64,000 nt of DNA, taken from Amphiscolops sp. MND2022 (taxonomy: Eukaryota). Below, in pieces: positions 23,856-36,600 of this stretch. The stretch is from the NCBI GenBank assembly GCA_964187785.1, contig OZ076411.1, positions 84,816,001-84,880,000 of the forward strand, in the 5' to 3' direction. The position numbers and the translations under genes are program-made. The notes under the pieces were generated by a model. It did no database searches and was not told the origin of the DNA. It was given only the letters and a program-made list of their open reading frames with translations. How positions within the stretch are numbered: the stretch's first letter is position 1; each line of letters opens with the position of its first letter.

Positions 23856-25498
23856 TGTCGCGATTTTGCTCGCTTGTGTATGAATCTATTGAACTGTCTC
23901 TAGATCTATGTCTATCGTTTTCCCGTGCAAAACACGTTTTGGGGCGATTTTCCCATGTTTTCTGCTGATTTTCAACTTCGGGGTCCTGGTGTAGCTCACT
24001 GGACCTTAGGTCCACCATGGTGGACTTCGTCGTCCTTGGGCCTGGGTGTAGCCCGTTGGACCCTCGGTCCACTACGGTGAAATTAGGCCTCCCCTGTGTG
24101 TCTAACATATTTTGGGTAGACGGAAGCACCGAGCTTGTTATTGCGGTCGTAATCGCATCCTGAATTTGCAAATTCATACTATCTTTGATTTCATTGAACT
24201 TTCTAGACATTTGGGCCGAAATTTCATCATTTATCAACCTGGTCGTCTCAATAGTGATTTCACTATTTTCTCTACTATTAGTTATCAATGATCTAAAATC
24301 TTCACCCGTTGCATGAGAATTTCTTCCTGGCCTGCTAGACCCTGAGACCCTGAGACCCTAAATTCATTTCATCGTCACTAATATTATTCTGATCAATATT
24401 ACCAGAATAGTTCCCTAACATAACATCAGCATTTTCCACATCAGACATGATGTCTAATTGTCTAGAGCGTCTTTCCTTAGCTTTCTGTTTCCTAGTAGAA
24501 GGCATCGAAGGAAATTTAGCTAATGTAACAGTGAATTGACTAAAGGTTTGATTTCAGAATGTGGCAAATAGAAACAACAATGTAAGTAACTGATAACTTT
24601 GCAGTGTGAGATCGAATGATTGAATCGTCCTGGTGACAGTGGGTCCCAGCTATTTATACTCCACAGGGCATGACAAGCAGAATTATGGTTGTCATGATTC
24701 TAATAATAGCATCTAGTTAAAAATAGGCTACATGACGTCAACATTACCTCATCAATTGTAACTAAAAATAGCTTCAAGGTAATTGGGATATAGACCAATG
24801 GTCTGTAAGTATGAAATTGATCCCAGAATATGAATGGCAAAATATATAATTACATGTTCATGTTAATTTTACATATTCGAATAATACCATATTGTGCTAA
24901 TCATCCTTTAATAGCGCACAGATAGACTTAAAGTCCGATCAACTGCATCAAATTACATGTACAGCACTTCTGAATAATAATAGCCGTCGTGGACTGAGTG
25001 TCCACGTGGCTACATCAAATATGATAGCAACGACTGATTGGCAGCTAATAACACCGCGGTAGACCTTCGGTCCACGTGGCTACAGCAATAATAATGATAA
25101 GAATGTACAGCACTCTGATTGGTTCATTTAAATAAGGCCGGTACGTACGCCGGACGTCAACAAGCGTTCATTTGAACACGTTTCCTACTATTCAGCAAGC
25201 ATTACTTTACATTCAATTGATTATATTAAAAATTCATCTAATCAATCAAACAGGCACAGAACTCATCAATTAAGTATATTCTCGTGAGGTAAAAATGAAA
25301 TTTGAGGTGTAGCCGTGTGGACCACAGGTCCATCACGGTAAAAATATAAAATAGTACTATTGGGCTAAGGTTAAGCATAGTTTTGTATTGTTTTACCGTA
25401 AGTTTTTCAAATTGGCAATACTCCGGGTGGGGGGTTGGATTCTGCATTTTCTTGGGGAATTTGATAATAATTCCCGTCACAGGCGGCAGCCTGCGACA
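23856..25498 (-). repeat. Element A 5' LTR (1643 bp)
   Basis: Direct repeat of 9663-11295. TATAAATA at 24658-24651. Contains the gag ATG. Confidence 0.97.
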
Positions 25499-25878
25499 AA
25501 TTGGCTGAAATTTTGAGATGAGATGACTGCTCGGTAGAGATCATTCCAAGAACTAACCTAATCAAATAGCTTCGTAATTTGCACTACTATAGCAATTTGA
25601 CAGTGAAGAACTTTATGTAGAGTCAAACTTTTGGAAGTACTAAAAGCGCCGAAAAAATTCAAACTATTCATTGCCCCGGAAAATTCCATATCAGCGATTA
25701 GTCTCATATCAACTGTTTCACGAGGTTTTCATTCTTCCGGGGCGCTTAGGTCAAGCAACTGATCAAGTAATGGCACGTCGCTCTGCTTCGCTTCTCTGAT
25801 TGAACTGCCTGAACTTTTTACAAGTTTTTGTAGGTTACCCAGGTTTTCATAAATTCATGAACATCTAAAGCAAAAGAC

Positions 25879-27691
25879 TGTCGCACGGAATGACTTGTGG
25901 TTGCAAACGAACTGGAATTGGGCGAGATCCCGGGTACGCAGCGAGACTTAAATAAATGTACTTTGGATATGAGACTTAGTTTCGATAAAGTGAGTAAACT
26001 GCGACTGACCTAGAATCTTAAATGGAAAGACTACCAAAATGAACAGATAAAATGATTTCACACATTTCGGTCAAGACGTTTAAGCTTAATAAGATCATGC
26101 GCCAGCTGAAAACTAGATTAGACACTATTTCTCGGTCAAAATTTACTACGTCCACCACTAAGGCTATATAGGTCTGATACCAAATTTTTGTCCGCACTAC
26201 GTCGCAAATTTATAAAATTAAGTAGTCTAGGTAATTTTGAACTCTGCAATAATGCTCTTGTGGTAAAAAAATATCGCCTGAAAGTTTTCTTTAATCTACG
26301 TCACGACTTCGTCTATTTTTGCATTCATTAGCCAAACAGTGGGGGAATTGCATTTTTACGTCGTACTTGCGTCAACCAGGATCAAAACTGCTAGAGATAA
26401 GGATTTGAGACCATTTTTTAAGGAAAATAATGTAAAAGTGCTTTGCTGAATTTGAAAGGAAAGTAACAGTTTACGATTGATTTATAAATTGCTTCAATGG
26501 TTCATAATAATCGTGTTAATTATTGTATGTTCGCGGTTTGTCTCAGTGTATATTGATTACTTGGCCTGGCGTCAACAAGTAAGTAATAGCTATCGTTGAA
26601 AACCATTATGAAGGTTTTGAACGAAATCAATGGTGCTTTTTGATGAGTTGTTTTAGTGATTGACGTTGTTTCCTGTTGGCCTTAATGTTGCATAATTTGT
26701 TGGAAAGTATTTAGTCGGATTAAATATTTAAACCGCCCGTTAGTCAAAATAGAAATTTACTTTCCTAGCATCAAACAACTGTACATTTATTTGTTGGGAA
26801 ATAGTCATATTTTCCCTAACTTGAAAGTCAAAATCAGGTATTTCACGTCAGCGTTAGCTTTGCCTCACCCATTTCCCGCTAATTCTAGTGAGACTCAACA
26901 AAAATCGGTAAAAAATTGAGACTTCCAGTCTGCTAGGACGAAATTAAATCGACTTCCTGGATTTAAGAAAATGTACTGACGCCGGAGTGAAATCATATGA
27001 GCACGGTTGATGACTATAATCGGGTTAAGAACAAAAAGAATACGAGTTTGACAAAATGTCGACGTATGTCGATTTCCTAAAACGGACTTTGACTATGAAA
27101 AACGGAAATGACTAATTTTTCGAAGAAAACTAGGATTCGCAAGTATGATCAAATGATGCTAGGAGGGTATATATACTCATATTTTTGTCCCAAATATGTA
27201 CAAATGGCTGTCTTCCAAAATGTTTACTTCGACCCTGTCAAAACAAGCATTTAGTTCAAATCTTTTGAATGAAGCAATTCAAAAAATCTTCAAGATGTCT
27301 ATGAGAAGCCAAAAGAGAAAGAACAATGATCAGGAGCGCGTCCAAAACGTAAAGAAACTATAGTGTCTCCAACTTTGGTAGAAAAGTGTGAACTATGTGA
27401 TCAGGATGTCATGGTAGCGAGTCCGTCTAAACCCAAGTCGCTGAGGATCGAAAATAGTGTCTTGGAGAGTTTGAGTGCTTCTTTGAAGGAAGAAATAACC
27501 TAGAAAGGTAAAATGTTTACTCTTGGAGTCCCAAAAGAAATTGCTGAAGTTGCTAAAACCTAAAAGTAGAGAAAATGAGAATGGAGAAAATGAACCGGAT
27601 CAAGAAAACGAATCTACCAATCTCTATGCGCCAACGAAATCAGTTAGGATTAATAATCTGCAAGAAATTGACCCAAACGCCAGTCGTAACA
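25879..27691 (+). mobile_element. Degraded solo LTR of a family related to element C (left boundary uncertain)
   Basis: TATATATA at 27168 and ATG at 27295. Broken ORF MSMRSQKRK...SKPKSLRIENSVLESLSASLKEEI...ESQKKLLKLLKP...NASRN resembles the LTR-borne Gag of C and ends AGTCGTAACA as the C LTR does. Flanks AAGAC/AAGTC match 4/5. Confidence 0.7.
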
Positions 27692-30600
27692 AAGTCCACG
27701 CCCTAAAATTTCACTGATTCAATTTAAATTTATCAAACTGCATTGAATATGCATCGTAAATTTGGCGTCAATTCCGAGCCGCGAAGTTTTGCAGGTTTCA
27801 TTAGGTCGTACTTCTAATTTTGAAAGCAACTGAGACCTTCATCAATTTTACCGCAATTTCAATGCTATCAACTTCAGTCACAAAGTAGCGAAAAGGCATG
27901 TTCAGCCTGCAATTTGGCTAACGGTGATATCATAAGGCACTTACTCGAGAAACTTACTCGTGGAAACAAAGTGATTGCGACGGTGAAGAAGTGGAAAAGT
28001 TTTCAGTTTTCTTTCAAATAATGGACGCTACATTATATTGTTACAAAATGTCTCCAAGAATGTAAAAAGTTCGAGCAATTTCGACTAAGGTCCGCGCCTA
28101 CGTTTAGGCACTAGGGTATGTGAGAATAGCTGATTACATTAGCACACAAATTCAACAGTTTAATTCTTTCCTGTTTCAATTGTCAACCAATCAAAAAGTT
28201 TTTTTTCGGCGCAATGAAAAGCTTGCAAAATTTGGACGCTTTTAATATTCGACGCTTTGGGAATCCGCCTAATTTTATGAGGGGATTTCATGAAAAAGTC
28301 TCTCTATTGTTTGAATTGACTCAAGTAATCAGCTCCGTATTCACACAGCCGCCTCATTCAAAGCAAGCTGTGATTAGTGGAGTGAACACGCTTTGATATT
28401 TTTGCAGATTTTCCACTTCTATTGCAGAGAAGTTCCTGCCAAGAACAATTTGCGTGTGGAAGCAATTATTGCGCAAATGGATAGTCGAAGCAGATAATTT
28501 TCAAAACACCTGAATAAATTAGATGGAAATTATTCAGGTGATCTGAAAACTAACTCCTTCGGCTCTTCATTCGCGCAACTTAAAACTTGAGTGTTCATTA
28601 TATAACCAATTGTTTAAATCGTCAATGGTGTCCTCTGTTCGTCTTTGCTATTTGATGCATTTCAGTACTCTCCTTCAAATTTCATCGAACATAGTATTAT
28701 CAAGTCTAGTTCTGTATATTGATTCTTTTTTCAACTTTTGGCGTCTTCAAAATTGTATTATTTGTAAACCAGGCATTGAAAATCATCAATTTTTCTGTCA
28801 ATCATTTTGACTGAAGCTAATAATATGTAATTAATCAGATCTCCGTCTAAAATGGCTGGAATCTTTGAAAGTTTTCTAGACGCCTTAATCAGTTATTACG
28901 TTTTAACTTTTTATGTGTGAAAGTATTTGCTTTTCTGAAAAATGTTAAATTGAATCAAAGTAGTTTTCAAACGTTTGCTGTCACATTTGATTATTTGAGA
29001 GAGCACCAAAATTTTTATGCGTACCGTTTCTTACTCGGCGCATTTTTTTTCGATACACCTGAACCAGTCAAAAAATAGTTCTATAAGTCCTTCAATTTTT
29101 GGCAAAGTTAGTGGCTTCTAATTACCTTTTGGCCTAGTAGTTACCGCGGATTTCCTGGCGTGGTGGCGAGGTTTCAGAAGCAGGAAAACGGGGTACGAGT
29201 TTCGCACTATACCAAATTTTAAATAACTTTTGCAAAAATAGAAGGGAGACTAAAGAGTCTCCTCTTTCAATTTATTTCCGGCACTATGCGACTTTTTTCC
29301 TTAATTTTTTTCAAACTGAAGGCTCCTTCCTTGAGTTTCAGCAGACACAAAGAAGTCTCCTATGTTTTGCGAGCATAGAAGGCCACTTCATGTTTTTCGG
29401 GACTATGAGACTCACCGAACTAAACAAAAGTTTGAAAAAAAATTGAAAAACATCGAATTTTTGTTCCACAATTTTTGATTTCTTGAGGGTTTCTGTAAAG
29501 AAAAAATGTTCCCCGAGTCTTGAGGGTGACCTCTTTGTTAAGTTTTGATCGTGTGGAACTGATGAGTTTTCTTATTGATTGTGGAAAAGACCTGTTTCCT
29601 CGAAGTCTGCCAGTTCGGCGAGAAACGATGTTTTTAAAACAAGACACTCGCTAAGCACGGGGATATTTTCCGTTGAAAATGTAACGCATCAGCGCGGGTT
29701 CGAGCTCACGATCTGAAGAAGTTTGGCAGAATTTAAAAAAAAAAACGCAACACAGATTACGATTTTTCACACCCATTGTATGTGGGCGGAAAATAATAAC
29801 AATTGATTTCGAATTAACTTGGTCTAAATAAAATGCTAAGGCTGTATGAGATTCAGTCATAAACAGAAAACGGATAGGCATTTGAGCCTGCAACGGTTTA
29901 GTGAACAGAAAATGGCAGCTATACTAAAAAGAGTACATGAACTTTAGCGCCGATTATGCTATGTTTATCAATATTGCGTACAGTTAATTGTCAATTATTA
30001 AATTAAATATGTTAGAACTCAATGTCAATATTTTAGAACAAATGTCAGCTGTCAATCAAAAGTGATATGTCAGTCATTTTAGTCATTTTACATGTCAAAT
30101 AGTTTCAGAGGACAAAAGTTTTTTGTTTATGTTTCATGGTAATTCAAAAAAAGGAAATCGGTTCGCCCGAACCGTCCTTTGACCGCCAAACCGCGGCGGT
30201 TTCGAAACTCAATCGATAGCGTGAAAGTCAACGTTCGTACCGTAAAACATTGGTGTTTCAATTAGCTGGCCCAAGAATTTCATTTTTTGACAATCAATCG
30301 TTAACAAGACATTTTTTTCGGCTCTGTGTATCTTTTTTCCGAAACTTTCTTTTGGTCAAAGGGGACTACTTTCACAGCTGATTTCGGCATGAAATAAACA
30401 GTTTGCTAGCTGAAACATCGATTTTCCGCGCTATGAGACGTTTCCGAAAAGAAATGAAAAATATCTTCAAAAAATTTTTTCTGTGGTCTTATGCGTATCC
30501 CTTGGGGTATTTTTTGTCCCTGAGAAATTGATAAAATTTCAACAATAGTGTCCTTTGCAGAATTAAGAATCTTGAGAGAAAGCTTGAGTTTTTTGAAACT

Positions 30601-31134
30601 TGAGAGGGGCGCCGACTTGGGTCGGTCCCAGCTTGTTTATATATTCACCTAGCAGTCACAATTCACTTCGAAAGTCATTCTGATGTTTTGTTCACTAATA
30701 CTTGGTTCTTAATTTTGATCTTAATTTGACAAATTTTGACCATGGCAATCATTTGAAAACGGAAAAAGTCCTAGGTTTCTACTGTTGATCCATTTGAACT
30801 GTAAAATATAAACGATTCTTTAATAAATGTCCAAAGGGTCACCTTTGAATTAGTTCCAAGTCATAGCACTACTTAAGCCTTCGTACAGACGCATTCTCAA
30901 CAATTTGATGTCCCTTCATTCTTTGATTTTTTTTTGGGTTTTGTTAGATAATTCCAGAGTCTGGCCTATGGAGATCCAAAAACCCAAAAACATTGAGGTT
31001 TGAATGAAAACAGTCTCTTATTAATTCAATTTCAAACCCCTTCTTCGGTTTTCAAAGCCTTAATTAACATTTTTTGGACAATTTGATTCACAAGTTCGGT
31101 CCAAGAAAATATTCATATCTCGTTTTTTTTTCAG

Positions 31135-31314
31135 TTTTTTGACAAAGACAAGAACGGGAAAATTTCAGCCAAGGAGTTGCAGCAAGTTTTGACCTCTTAC
31201 GGGGAAGTGCTGAGCGAAGAAGAAGCGGCTGAGATTGTCACTTTGGGAGACATGGACGGCGACGGACTTCTCAATATCGACGAGTTTGTTCGAGTGCTAC
31301 AATCATTCGACTGA
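31135..31314 (+). CDS. Calmodulin-like EF-hand protein, coding exon 3 (last)
   Basis: Acceptor tttttttttcag|, phase 0. Translates FFDKDKNGKISAKELQQVLTSYGEVLSEEEAAEIVTLGDMDGDGLLNIDEFVRVLQSFD*, with EF-loops 3 and 4. The joined product is 147 aa with four canonical loops: calmodulin-like but not identical to calmodulin. Confidence 0.9.
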   Translation, partial: FFDKDKNGKISAKELQQVLTSYGEVLSEEEAAEIVTLGDMDGDGLLNIDEFVRVLQSFD

Positions 31315-31630
31315 ACAAAATTTCTGAAAAACTTCTTTTGATGATATTTTCTTATTTTCACGGAATGACCTAAATACAAGTAACAGAGAGAGCTTCTACT
31401 TTTGTATCCTAAAATTCATAAAGCATAAAACTTGAAAAATTATATCTATAAATTGTTGATCAGGCATTTAGTAGGGACCAAACTCATATGACGTAACTTA
31501 CTTTTATGGAAAGTAGAATATGTGACAATTAAGAAAAGTCATTTCTTTGAAACCACCGTGTTTCTCTGCATTGTCCATGTAAATTCTATGCATTGTCCAT
31601 GCACATAGCCATGCTCATTATTCGCATGTA

Positions 31631-31720
31631 ATGTTGCATGCATGTTGCATGCATGTTGCATGCATGTTGCATACATGTTGCATGCATGTTGCATGCATGT
31701 TGCATGCATGTTCCATACAT
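31631..31720. repeat. Minisatellite (ATGTTGCATGC)n, about 8 copies
   Basis: Direct reading of the tandem 11-mer downstream of the calmodulin-like stop codon. Confidence 0.9.
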
Positions 31721-32134
31721 GATGTAAGCATTACATTCAAATCCTCAGAAGCTGAATTAGCTGAGAAACAAGTTTAACAGAAGCATTGGAGTATTGAAAA
31801 AAATTACCTCTTTTGTCAAATTCCGGTGAAGGAGACATTGACGGATTCTCGAAACACGGATTTCTAGTTTATTTTTCCGTTTTGAGACTGTTGGAACTTT
31901 TTACATGCTGCAGGCCTGTATGCCGGGTCATTTTTTATAAAACCTAGAAAATTCGGTGGGGTTCCGGTGGTAAATCTTGTAGAATTACACTGCATTTTCC
32001 ACTACTGCAATTAAATTTGAAAATATTTCCCATTTCTTTTACGGACACGATCACGATGTATTCACACATTGATTTCTCAAATACTCATCTGATTTAATCA
32101 CCGCTTCTCAAATAGGACGCTGAAGATGACGCGG

Positions 32135-32690
32135 TATATGCCCTCTTTGCCGAATCCCATTTTGCCGAATCCCATTTTGCCGAATCCCACTTTGCCGAAA
32201 GCATGGGACCTTTTGCCGATTTTTTTTCGGCAAAGTGGGCATCGAAATTCGGCAAAGAGGGCAAGGCAGTTGTCTACATCTGCAAAAACAGACTTTTAAA
32301 GCTATAAAGTGATGTGATTCAAAGTATAAAACGTGTCTCGGATATGTCCCCATTTCCTCTAGTGCCCCGCGGCCCCTTGGGGCCGCTTATGTTCCCATCT
32401 TGCTAAGCGAGGTCGAACAGGAGCAAAGACCTAGCGGGAACGGAGATCGCGAAGCGATCGTAGTGGGAGCTGGTCTTTGCGACGGAGAGGGTGAGCGTGC
32501 ATATACCGATTATGTCCCACATTATATCTTCGCTTTCAAAAAGTCTGTTTTTGCAGATGTAGACAACTGCCTTGCCCACTTTGCCTAATTTCGATGCCCA
32601 CTTTGCCGAAAATTAATTCGGCAAAATGGGCAAGGTAGGGACACCTTGCCGAATTCGGCAAAATGGGTTTCGGCAAACTTTCCCATATTC
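32135..32690. repeat. Foldback/MITE-like element with long inverted arms and tttgccgaatccc subrepeats
   Basis: gggcaaggcagttgtctacatctgcaaaaacagacttt (about 32260-32300) is inverted at about 32540-32580. cggtatatgc and gcatataccg form an inverted pair. The centre is GC-rich with hairpins. No TSD was resolved. Confidence 0.6.
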
Positions 32691-33449
32691 GATGACGCTA
32701 GTTTGCTGTTTACATTGTGAGTGAAGTTAATTTGCATTAAAATGGTGGCAAAAATGCCGACCTCGCAGCTGCATTTAAAATTAGAACTGATGCATATTGA
32801 AACCTGCAAAACTTCAAGGATTAAAAATTCCGCCAAAATTTTGATGATTCTTTAAAGCAGCTTCATAAAAGTTGGCAACAACAGGGAAATACTAACGCAT
32901 CAAAGTTTCCGTAAGATATTTAGAAGATCATAATAAAAGTTGCTGGCAACATTAAAGTACTTGTAAAAAGTTCAAGCATGTTTAACAAGGGAATGAATGA
33001 TAATCCATTTTGTCTCCGTCTTAAACTTGTATAAGTTTGCCCTACAGCAAATTGTTCCTGCCACTTGGCCTAATGGCTAGCGCGGGAGTGACAGTGGCTA
33101 ACTTTCCAAAATGTTTTCGGTTAGAAAATGCGGTTTGCAGGCAATAATGGGCTTATGTTTTTCGGCACTACGCGACGTTTTTGGTGCAGAATAAAAATAA
33201 AAAATAAAAATTTTATCAAAAAATTGGGGTTTTTGGTCGGCACCTTTATCAATAAAAGAGCCCGACTATTACAGTCACTCGTTTTTTTTAAGACAGACTC
33301 GAAGCGACGAACGCTAGTTAACGTTTTGATCAGTTTGCTCAACTAAAGGAAACTAAACGAATAGCCGGGAAACGCATCTTAGTTATTCGAAAATGTCCCC
33401 CTTTGGTTTTTTACGTTTTAAACGTAACCTACAAAACCGGATGAGTGTA

Positions 33450-33604
33450 AAGGGTCCCCCTTTCAGTTTTTTTTCGCCACTGTGCGATTTTTTCTCGAAA
33501 TTGTTTTGTCTCTAAAGGGTTTATTGGAGGTCTCCAAAGGGTCCCCCTTTCGATTTTATTTGAGCCTTAGATATAGCGCCGACTTGAGACGTTCCCGTCT
33601 TGTT
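33450..33604 (+). repeat. Dispersed repeat ending ggcgccgactt...gccgttcccggcttgtt (Helitron/Helentron-like non-autonomous family, tentative)
   Basis: The same terminus occurs at 1-24, 2360-2389 (-), 30608-30637, 63771-63800 and 63943-63990 (-). Internal ggtcccctttc subrepeats, and a short GCCG-TTCC-CGGC hairpin near the end. Confidence 0.55.
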
Positions 33605-36600
33605 GGTGTTTCCAGTTACTGAAAAGGCGAGTTTCGAGTCTCAAAGGTACTCCTTTGGCTACAACCAAGCAAAACATAAACTAAATGTTGCAACCAGCCA
33701 AGTTACAACTCTTTTCATTTTGAAAGCTTCATTTATGTAGAAGTAGGCTTTCTCTGAATCATTTAATTCACCCGTAGGCGTTACAAGTAAATTCTACTTC
33801 TCAAAGAAAAAAATAAATTCACATTAAACTTGGGTGATGTCGGAAACGAACACTCATGCTAATTTTAGACCAAAAAACCAAAATATTTCTGTGTATTGCA
33901 AGCGATGCGGACATTAAATTCAAATTTACAGATTCATTCTGATATATATCACGCTTTTTCAGCGCTAAGAAACCTTTTTAAAAAAGGTGGCCGTGGGTTC
34001 AATAGAGAGCTCTACGTTTTTGCCTAGTAAGATGGAAGAAATTAGGGTGCTATACTCTAACTTTCGACCTTTAAAATATATAACGACCTGTAACGTCCGA
34101 CCTGTAACACTTAAGATGCGTTTTTATTCAATATTTAATTGTTGGAAACGTGAATATTAGTCCTGCTCGGGTGTTGATCCGACAACCTTTTGCCTTTCAA
34201 AAACTAACCTACGGACTACGTCCTAATGTACGGACTACTAAACACAAAAGCCGTTTCCTCGAGAAACATAGAACTCAGCAACGTGTGTGAGCCGGGAACA
34301 TCTCAAGTCGTCGCCGGGCTCAAAGCTCGAAATCGCTCAAAAGTTTTCCAAATATTCTCAGGGCGCTTTGAGCAACCTCTATCGATCATAGGGGGACCAA
34401 ACAAGTAGCAGCTAGATTTTACTAAGCACCTTAAAGAAATTCTTATAGAACCTATCAGATCCTGGTCTTGAAAATAGGCCCCTCCGGGGCTCAGTACTAT
34501 TTCTGCTTTAATCTTTATTTTTTTAAAACAAAAAATCATTAATAAAAGAATCATATCTGGAATACCAATACACTCCTGTTTAATCATTACTTAGAGCACA
34601 ATTAATCACTGTACAAGTTTACACCGCCTTTAATTCTTCTCGGACTAAAGAAAATATAACTAAGCGTAGACGAAGTTTCGCATTCGCATTTGAATGCAGG
34701 CGAAGCTCTCAACGAACGAATAATTAACACTCATTCGCTTCATCTCAATGACGTCAGCATACGAATGGATAATTACCACTCGCTCGTTCTATCGCACTAG
34801 AATTGAATTGTTGTCGGCAGCTTTCCCACGCTTACACTCACTGCCGAACAAAATATCTGAATTATTCAGTAGGACGAAATTTGACGACTGAAAAAAAAAA
34901 AAGGACCAACTTTGAGGTTACAATAACATTCCTGCTAAAGCAGAAATATTAAAAAGCCAAAATCAGGATATAGCGCAACATTTTCGAGCCTCCGCTTTCT
35001 CCTTAGCAGAACGCAATTTACTTCGGAAATAACGTAAAGTGTTCGGAAATAGTGTGCTGTTGGGTATACTACTGTAAGACAAACAAGGCACTGTGTGCTC
35101 AAATATGAGCGTGTTCAAAACGTAGACAGATCAATGTGAGGCTGCCGAAAAAGAAGACAAAACTTCTCAGTGTAATTGCCGCGTCTTTTCGCTAAAGCAA
35201 AAAGCGCTAAGTAATAAATTGTTGTCTCAAATTAGGGTGGTAATTACCACCTTAAGGATTTAAGCAGAGCCGGAATTTCAAGACGCAACGGAAGTAGACG
35301 TACTTCTTGAAGTACTGTATCGAACAACTTCATTGAGGAACTTGTTTCGTGACAATTTTGAAAAAAAACCTTAAGATGTAAATTTCTAAATTTCACAAGT
35401 TTCTGTAAAAATCTATCACGCTCTTGACAATTTTATCGAACTTGTCACTGGCTGACAAATGTGTTTGCGACCTGCACTCAATAAAACAAACCAATCAGAA
35501 GGCTCTCCCAGAAACTATCCCCATGAGCCAAACAATGAGTACAGAGGATAGACAACCAAAACTAAAACTGCTTCATATCCTACTCGCTTTATATTTGAAG
35601 CTTCAAATTTGAAGGCACTTTAAAATATTGGACATCAAATACAGAGCAGAGCAACGGACATTAAACGAGTTCTAGTATTTGTCTGTATTGTATGGACAAG
35701 GGCACTGGCAAAGAAGCCATTAACTAATCGAGATCGCGCTGAGAAACACAGGGAAAAGACCACTCTCTTGAGCAATAGGCTATATGATGGTGAAAGACCG
35801 AGTATGGCTTTGTATACTGTGCACATGCTACTTGTTTGAGTGATGAGGCTATAAAATATGAGGAGAAAGATTTTTACAAACGTTCTGACCTGTTATTGAT
35901 TGATATAATTGTATATTAGAGGGATGTAGCTGGCAATAGTGCTTATTATTTAGAAGTGGACAAGACTACCAAATCATGAAGCGTTTAGGAATAAAAGTTG
36001 CATAAGTGCTGGACTCAAGAATGAATATGTGTTTCGTATTTATTATATACGTGACTGTTATTCAATTTCAATTTCACTAAAAGGTACGTATATCATAGAC
36101 AAGGGATAGGTATGTCCATCAACCAAATATAATGTTGAAGTTTGTTATGCATGTTATAGTTCTTGAATTTATGTGAAATGCTTCATGTTTGAGGGATCAA
36201 TCCAATTTCTTACTTGTGTCCATTTGATGAATTGAGTTTTTCATTGTAAAAAAAAACATTCACTTGAAGCTATCTCTAGCTATGTGATGCAATCAATGTT
36301 GCTATTTATAGATGAAAGGCGCTGTATATAGTATCATGATAGCCCTAAAGATGCTTTTCACTCTGATGAGGGTACATATCCACAATATCTGCATTGATGA
36401 GACCAAATTTTGCCGTTAAGCGTCAAATTGGCGGGTTAAAAAATTTTACATATTGCGCAGACTATTTATTCAAATGTCTTGTATATGAAATGTCTTCAAA
36501 TGTGTTCATACATTCAAATGTCTTTGTTATATGAAAATCAGTCCGATTAGAAGAAAATAGACATTGAACTAGGACAAATCAATTTAAACTCTATAGAGGG

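Larger units (their letters stand above)
22732..24505 (-). pseudogene. gag: Element A gag
   Basis: ATG at 24505 inside the 5' LTR. A 10-bp insertion near 24345-24358 shifts the frame. Capsid-like region FDGKSEKFELFEDLF. Two CCHC knuckles: the first has TGA at its second Cys (23008-23010), the second is CPTCDKTNHPAERC. Confidence 0.92.
9663..25498 (-). mobile_element. Element A: full-length Ty3/gypsy LTR retrotransposon (15.8 kb) with accessory genes, within host intron 2
   Basis: Two ~1.64-kb LTRs (TGTCGC...GCGACA), TSD AATTG at 9658-9662 and 25499-25503, PBS, PPT, gag and pol in PR-RT-RH-IN order. Confidence 0.97.

Noticed and set aside
35635-36460. Possible decayed hAT transposase (minus strand, KIWSHQCRYCG and RLVNGFFAS...TRTRLMS)
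   Set aside because: The fragments are short, full of stops and lack termini. The similarity is too weak to support by eye; a tblastn or HMM search would decide.
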